From assembly GCA_043778225.1 (NCBI GenBank), contig JAYWGM010000063.1:1-64000 (forward strand): a stretch of DNA of 64,000 nt, in the 5' to 3' direction. Both the position numbers and the translations under genes were made by a program. This document shows positions 58,990 through 64,000 of this stretch, one piece after another. The notes beneath the pieces were generated by a model. It was not told the DNA's origin. It saw only the letters and a program-made list of their open reading frames with translations, and searched no databases. The stretch comes from Deinococcales bacterium (GTDB lineage: Bacteria > Deinococcota > Deinococci > Deinococcales > JAAFIG01). The first letter of the stretch is position 1. Each line of letters begins with the position of its first letter.

Positions 58990-59070
58990 ATTTTTAGTAT
59001 ACGAGGTTTTTTGAGAATCGTTCCCAAGCTCGAGTAAATACAAAAACCACCAGTTAAGGTGGCTTTCATG

Positions 59071-59147
<77 letters not shown>

Positions 59148-59190
59148 CGACCCGTTCTATTGCGACCCGTTTTGCTATGCGGGGTTTTGC

Positions 59191-59282
59191 TGGCGGAGGG
59201 AGAGAGATTCGAACTCTCGGTACAAATTTCTTCGTACGACGGTTTAGCAAACCGTTGGTTTCAACCGCTCACCCATCCCTCC
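59191..59282 (-). tRNA. tRNA-Ser (GCT)
   Basis: Cloverleaf with long variable arm, loop TT-GCT-AA and GCCA end. Confidence 0.96.
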
Positions 59283-59308
59283 TAGGACAGTTCTTGGGAT
59301 TTATGGTC

Positions 59309-59398
59309 TGGCGGAGGGTGAGGGATTCGAACCCCCGGTAGAGTTCCCCCTACTACAGTTTTCAAGACTGTCGCCTTCAACCGCTCGGCCAACCCTCC
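59309..59398 (-). tRNA. tRNA-Ser (TGA)
   Basis: Cloverleaf with long variable arm, loop CT-TGA-AA and GCCA end. Confidence 0.96.
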
Positions 59399-59456
59399 CT
59401 AAGAGAGCAACACACTTCAAGAAGTGCGAGCGAGAGTGTATCAGGCAGGAGGTGGC

Positions 59457-59542
59457 GTGTCAACTGGTGCGTGAACCCATGTGTAAACTGGTACGTGAAC
59501 CCATGTGTCAACTGGTACGTGAACCCATGTGTCAACTGGTAC
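59457..59542. repeat. 24-bp tandem repeat (gtgtcaactggtacgtgaacccat, about 3.6 copies)
   Basis: Contiguous copies at 59457, 59481, 59505 and 59529, with no spacers. Confidence 0.9.
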
Positions 59543-59578
59543 AAAGGCTGATGACTCTCGGGGTATACTTGGAGTTCG

Positions 59579-60016
59579 ATGATTGAAGGATATTTAGGTT
59601 CAGAGCGGTTCGAGGTTAAAGTTCGACTCGAGGGTGATAAGTTACTTGGGCGTGTTGGTGGCGCATTGATGGCTCGGGATGTGAAACTAGACTTGAGTGC
59701 CACAGGCGTGACCGGACGGGTTGGCGGCAGCAATGGCTTTGATGTGCGCCTTAGCCTCGAGTCTGGCGAGTTAATTGGCTTTGTCGGCAACGACCCAATC
59801 AGTTTACGTGGTGTGGACATGGTGGTTGGCACACTGGGCGACGGTTTTTCGGCACTCGAGTTTGGCGCACGTCAGTCGGGTACAAAACTGGTTGGCAGCC
59901 TTGGTGGTCTTCTTGGTAAGCCGTTTATGCTCGAGTTAGGCGAAGCCCCCGGTTGGCTTGGAGCGCTGGTTGTGTTGGTGGCTTTTTATGCACTCGAGCG
60001 GCACACAACCAAGTAA
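59579..60016 (+). CDS. Gly-rich hypothetical protein with repeated GRVGG-type units
   Basis: Clean ORF; TATACT and GGAG upstream. Confidence 0.75.
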   Translation: MIEGYLGSERFEVKVRLEGDKLLGRVGGALMARDVKLDLSATGVTGRVGGSNGFDVRLSLESGELIGFVGNDPISLRGVDMVVGTLGDGFSALEFGARQSGTKLVGSLGGLLGKPFMLELGEAPGWLGALVVLVAFYALERHTTK

Positions 60017-60017
60017 A

Positions 60018-61019
60018 TTAATGAGCGGTGCTGCGGCGTTCGATTAAGTGCGGTTCAAAACGCACTTGGCGTGGTTTGCCTTGATAGCCGTTGAGGCGTT
60101 CAATCAGCAGTTCGGCAGCCGCCGCCCCCATGGCTTCGACTGGCTGATGCAGGGTGGTTAGACCACGTTCCTTTGCCCAGGGGTGGTCGTCAAAGCCAAT
60201 CACTCGAACATCTGTGCCAATCTCGAGGTTTCTGGCTTTGGCTTCATCCAAGACCGCCAAAGCCACCAAGTCGGCGGCGGCAAAGATATTGACTGGAAAA
60301 GTGGCGTTGTCTAGGATATTTTGGGCGGCTTGTCGAGCGTTGTTCAGGTCAAACGTAATCGTCTGTAGACAAGGCTCTGGCAGTGGGCGCTTGGCTGTCT
60401 CGAGGGCTTTTCTAAAGCCACGCATTCGATCCTGAAAAACGGTATTTTTGAAGACTTCATCCAAAGCCTGATGAACACTGATGGCATGAATTTCGCCAGC
60501 TAAGCCAGCTAGGGCTTTGGCTGCCAGTTCGCCGCCGAGTTCGTTGTCTAAAAAAACACTGTCGTAATGGCGGCTACAACCGTCTACAATCACGACCGGT
60601 TGACGGGTCGGCAGTTTGCCATCCGAGTATAAATCGCCAAGGTTATGGCTTGCCATGATGATGCCATCGGACTGATAGGCTAAGGTACTCGAGTTCAAGT
60701 AGCGCTCTAAGCGCTCGCGCCCAATCAGTGGAAACAAGGCGCTGTCGTAACGGTGGGTCTCGAGGGTTTTCTCGAGTCCGGACAGCAAGCGAATGTAAAA
60801 TTCTGTGCCGACGACTTGCAAAATAATACTGACGCTGTAACTTTTTCCGCCCGCCACACGCCGCGCATGGGGGTTAGGAACAAATCCAAGCTCCTGCATG
60901 GCGCTGGTGACGCGCTCTCGGGTTTCGGGGCGCACCGATTTATGGTTGTTCAGCACCCGAGAAACTGTGCCAACCCCGACACCAGCTTTATGAGCCACTT
61001 CTTGGATGGTCAGTTTCAC
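60018..61019 (-). CDS. LacI family transcriptional regulator
   Basis: TIQEVA..AGV..GTVSRVLN, IGFDD, LTTL.QP and RRST motifs. Confidence 0.94.
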   Translation of the reverse strand: MKLTIQEVAHKAGVGVGTVSRVLNNHKSVRPETRERVTSAMQELGFVPNPHARRVAGGKSYSVSIILQVVGTEFYIRLLSGLEKTLETHRYDSALFPLIGRERLERYLNSSTLAYQSDGIIMASHNLGDLYSDGKLPTRQPVVIVDGCSRHYDSVFLDNELGGELAAKALAGLAGEIHAISVHQALDEVFKNTVFQDRMRGFRKALETAKRPLPEPCLQTITFDLNNARQAAQNILDNATFPVNIFAAADLVALAVLDEAKARNLEIGTDVRVIGFDDHPWAKERGLTTLHQPVEAMGAAAAELLIERLNGYQGKPRQVRFEPHLIERRSTAH

Positions 61020-61055
61020 AAATCGCAGCATAACACCAAAGGGTAGACTGCCTTC

Positions 61056-61970
61056 GTGATTTTCTTGTTTTCTCGAGCCTTACAAACCCTGATGGTGCTG
61101 TGGTTGGTTGGCACGATTGCTTTTTTGGCATTGCACGTGGCTGGCGACCCCGTTTCGCTGCTGGTGTCCGAGGATGCGACCCCACTCGAGCGCCAGACCT
61201 TACGCCAAGCCTACGGACTCGAGCAGCCTCTTTTGGTGCAGTATTTTATTTTTTGGAAAAACGCGGCTCAAGGCGAACTGGGTAATTCTTTTTATAGCCA
61301 GCAAAGCGCCATGCACCTTTTGCTCGAGCGTTTGCCAGCCACGCTTGGCTTGGTACTGCTCGGTTTAACTTTGGGGCTGCTGCTCGGTGTGCCACTTGGC
61401 GTGTTGAGTGCGGCTAAAGCTGGCTCGAGCTTTGACCGAATTTTACAGGGTTTGTGTGCCGTATTTATCAGTGCGCCAAGTTTTTGGATTGGTATCGTTT
61501 TGATTCATCTTTTTGCTGTCCAATGGCGACTTTTGCCATCTCAGGGCAGTGGTACGGTCTGGCATCTTATTTTGCCAGCCGTCACGTTGGCGTTGCCTCG
61601 AGCCGCTGTCTATGTGCAAATTTTGCGCCTCGAATTGCTCGAGGTTCTCAGTCAAGATTTTATCCGCACCGCTCGAGCCAAAGGTGTCCTCGAGACTCGG
61701 GTGCTGTACCATCATGCCCTTCGCAATTGTTTTGTGCCGTTTGTGACGGTTTTTGGTTTGCAACTCTCGGGCTTACTGTCTGGGGCAGTCATCACCGAAA
61801 GTTTATTTGCGTACCCCGGCATGAACCGCTTGGCATTGGATGCGATGAATCGTTTGGATATTCCAGTTATTTTGGCATTTGTGCTGCTCAGTGCTTTTTT
61901 ATTTGCGAGCATTAACTTCTTAACCGACCTTGGCTATGTGTTGATTGACCCTCGTGTGCGCTATGAATAA
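61056..61970 (+). CDS. Peptide/nickel ABC transporter permease (DppB-like)
   Basis: GDPV, ERLPAT, TARAKG and GAVITE.LF..PG motifs. Confidence 0.92.
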   Translation: MIFLFSRALQTLMVLWLVGTIAFLALHVAGDPVSLLVSEDATPLERQTLRQAYGLEQPLLVQYFIFWKNAAQGELGNSFYSQQSAMHLLLERLPATLGLVLLGLTLGLLLGVPLGVLSAAKAGSSFDRILQGLCAVFISAPSFWIGIVLIHLFAVQWRLLPSQGSGTVWHLILPAVTLALPRAAVYVQILRLELLEVLSQDFIRTARAKGVLETRVLYHHALRNCFVPFVTVFGLQLSGLLSGAVITESLFAYPGMNRLALDAMNRLDIPVILAFVLLSAFLFASINFLTDLGYVLIDPRVRYE

Positions 61971-62775
61971 AAAGAACATTTTTTATGCGGCACTGCCGCT
62001 CTTGTTTTTTCTTGGCTTGGCGGTCTTGGCTCGGGTTTTTTTGCCAAACCCCAACAATCAGAACTTACTCGAGACCCTACAAGCTCCTTTTGGCACACAT
62101 TGGCTTGGTACAGACGAACTTGGGCGTGATGTTTTCGGGCTTTTGCTGCACGGCTTAGGGATTTCGCTCTTGGTTGGCTTGCTGTGCAGCCTGATTTCGG
62201 CAGCCATTGGCGTACCATTGGGTTTATTGGCGGGGCTGCGCGGCGGTTGGCTCGAGATCATCATCATGCGGGCTATCGAAGTCCAAATGGCACTGCCGAC
62301 GGTTTTACTGGCGCTGGTGACACTAGCGTTATTGGGGGCTGGACTCGAGAATCTAATTGTGATTATCGGCGTTTTTGGTTGGGCTGGCTTTGCTCGTTAT
62401 ACCCGAGCCACGGTTTTGGTACAGCGCCAACTCGAGTATGTGCTGGCAGCCCAAGCCTTGGGTGCAAATGACTGGCGCACCATTTTGCGCCATGTGTTGC
62501 CCAATGTTGCCAGTGGGATTTTATTGCAAATCAGCCTCGATTTTCCGCAGAACATTCTGCTCGAGGCAAGTCTGTCTTTTTTAGGTGTGGGGGTTGGCGT
62601 AGACACCCCAAGCCTTGGCGCGATGGTCTCGAGGGGTTATGGCTATTTACTGAGTGGCGCATGGTGGCTCAGTCTTTTGCCCGGAGGGTTTATTATGTTG
62701 CTGGTGTTAAGCACCAATCGGCTGACTGAAGCCATTCGGGTCGGTTTAGACCCAAGAGCCAAGCCAGAACGTTAA
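61963..62775 (+). CDS. Peptide/nickel ABC transporter permease (DppC-like)
   Basis: HWLGTDELGRD, AAQALGA and EASLSFLG motifs. Confidence 0.92.
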   Translation: MNKKNIFYAALPLLFFLGLAVLARVFLPNPNNQNLLETLQAPFGTHWLGTDELGRDVFGLLLHGLGISLLVGLLCSLISAAIGVPLGLLAGLRGGWLEIIIMRAIEVQMALPTVLLALVTLALLGAGLENLIVIIGVFGWAGFARYTRATVLVQRQLEYVLAAQALGANDWRTILRHVLPNVASGILLQISLDFPQNILLEASLSFLGVGVGVDTPSLGAMVSRGYGYLLSGAWWLSLLPGGFIMLLVLSTNRLTEAIRVGLDPRAKPER

Positions 62776-63302
62776 TTTTTGAGCAGCAGACTTGTAAAGT
62801 GCTTACGGGCTTTTGCCACCTTGGGCGCAACCACACCGATACAGTAGCCCTGAAATTGATTGCGGGCATAATAATTTTGGTGGTAGGTCTCGGCGGGGTA
62901 AAAGATTTTTAGCGGTTCAAGTTGGGTCACGATTGCTTGGTCATAAACACTCGAGAAGGCTTGAATCACGGTTTTTGCGATTTCGAGTTGCGATTGGCTA
63001 TGGGTCAAAATAATGCTGCGGTAACTCTCGCCGATGTCGTTGCCTTGGCGGTTGAGCGTCGTCGGGTCATGAATCGTAAAAAAGACATTCAGCAGGTTCT
63101 CAAAACTGATTTCAGTGTTCTCAAATTCAACTTGTGTCACCTCGGCATGACCTGTGGTTTCGCTACAGACCGCCTGATAGGTTGGATTGGTCGTGTGACC
63201 GCCAGCATAGCCACTGACAACCTTTCTAACGCCACGAAGCTCGAGAAATACCGCCTCGAGACACCAAAAGCAGCCACCGCCTAATGTTGCCGTTTCAATC
63301 AT
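62772..63302 (-). CDS. msrA: Peptide methionine sulfoxide reductase A
   Basis: GGCFWC, GHAE, HDPT..NRQGND and AE.YHQ.Y motifs. Confidence 0.96.
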   Translation of the reverse strand: MIETATLGGGCFWCLEAVFLELRGVRKVVSGYAGGHTTNPTYQAVCSETTGHAEVTQVEFENTEISFENLLNVFFTIHDPTTLNRQGNDIGESYRSIILTHSQSQLEIAKTVIQAFSSVYDQAIVTQLEPLKIFYPAETYHQNYYARNQFQGYCIGVVAPKVAKARKHFTSLLLKN

Positions 63303-63349
63303 GGTTAGAGTTTAGCCAATTCAAAGGCATATGAACAGAGACGGGCTAC

Positions 63350-64000
63350 TCATTTCAAATACTTATCGCTCGAGAATGACCCACCCAAAACCTGTTGGCT
63401 CGAGACACCCAGCCAGTTCTCGAGGGCTTGTCCGTAGACACCGCGAAAATCGGTGCTGAATCTTAAATCGCCATTGTCAAGTTTCTCGAGGTCTGGGGCT
63501 GTGCCATGGATACCACCCAGCACGCCATTTCCAAGGGCAAACATGATGCTGGCTTTACCGTGGTCTGTGCCAGAACTGGCATTTTCGGCAACCCGCCGAC
63601 CAAATTCCGAGAAACCCAAGACCAGCACATCGTTGGCGCGTCCTTGGGTCTCGAGGTCGGCGCGAAAGGCTTCAAGGCTCGAGGACAGGTCGGCAAGCAA
63701 TTTGGGATGGTCTTCTGGTTGTGCCGCGTGGGTGTCGTAGCCACCCTGCTGCACATAGTAAACCCGTAAGCCAAGGTCGGTGCTGATGAGCCGTGCCACA
63801 TCGCGCAAATTGTTGGCTAAGCCAGATTTTGGATAAGTCGCGCCAGCTTTATATTTTTGTAAGTTCTTTTGTACCCGAGCCGTGTTCTCGAGCAACGATA
63901 AAGTATTGCGGCGCAGCAAATCGGTCTTGCCTTTGTCGCTGTAGCCCTCGACTGGATACGACAATAAATCCTTATACGCCGCATCGAGTTTAGGCTCGAG
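63350..64000 (-). CDS. DUF1501 family protein (5' part lies outside the window)
   Basis: GGYDTH, SEFGRR..EN...GTDHG and DFRGVY motifs. Confidence 0.85.
   Translation of the reverse strand, partial: LEPKLDAAYKDLLSYPVEGYSDKGKTDLLRRNTLSLLENTARVQKNLQKYKAGATYPKSGLANNLRDVARLISTDLGLRVYYVQQGGYDTHAAQPEDHPKLLADLSSSLEAFRADLETQGRANDVLVLGFSEFGRRVAENASSGTDHGKASIMFALGNGVLGGIHGTAPDLEKLDNGDLRFSTDFRGVYGQALENWLGVSSQQVLGGSFSSDKYLK

Noticed and set aside
59457..59542. CRISPR array next to the tRNA cluster
   Set aside because: The 24-bp units are contiguous with no unique spacers, and there are no cas genes in the window
59377..59832. 151-aa ORF with LTHGFTYQ repeats
   Set aside because: It is antisense to the 59579-60016 gene, runs into tRNA-Ser, and its repeats simply reflect the DNA tandem repeat

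Overview
Gene-dense chromosomal window of roughly 50% GC, most likely from a Deinococcota (Deinococcales-like) bacterium. The assignment is inferred from pervasive leaderless -10/start-codon architecture, an IleRS2 with an AMHH signature and a Thermus-type FadR operator. Most genes are housekeeping: murI, rph, pyrG, tyrS, speA, uvrD, tldD/E, nhaA, fadD, gmk, glpD, trpC, ileS, galT, pgi, gltA, csp, lycopene cyclase, msrA and four tRNAs. Small accessory modules are interspersed: YefM-YoeB, VapBC, an orphan TdeIII-like endonuclease, Uma2 and a SARP-STAND regulator. Main findings: (1) An AT-rich PtuA/PtuB-like (Septu or retron Ec78 effector type) ATPase + HNH pair, with no reverse transcriptase, sits between an intact Ile (AUC) T-box riboswitch and ileS, so the putative defence nuclease appears to be transcribed under control of a tRNA sensor. 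(2) The palindrome CTCGAG is about 25-fold over-represented (HIP1-like), while GATC and GGCC are scarce. (3) A candidate CTP-sensing start-site/terminator switch precedes pyrG. (4) A candidate Na+/Li+ riboswitch precedes nhaA. (5) One ORF fuses ClpN, an acidic linker and peptidase E. All motif counts were made by eye and all family assignments come from motif recognition, not database searches.
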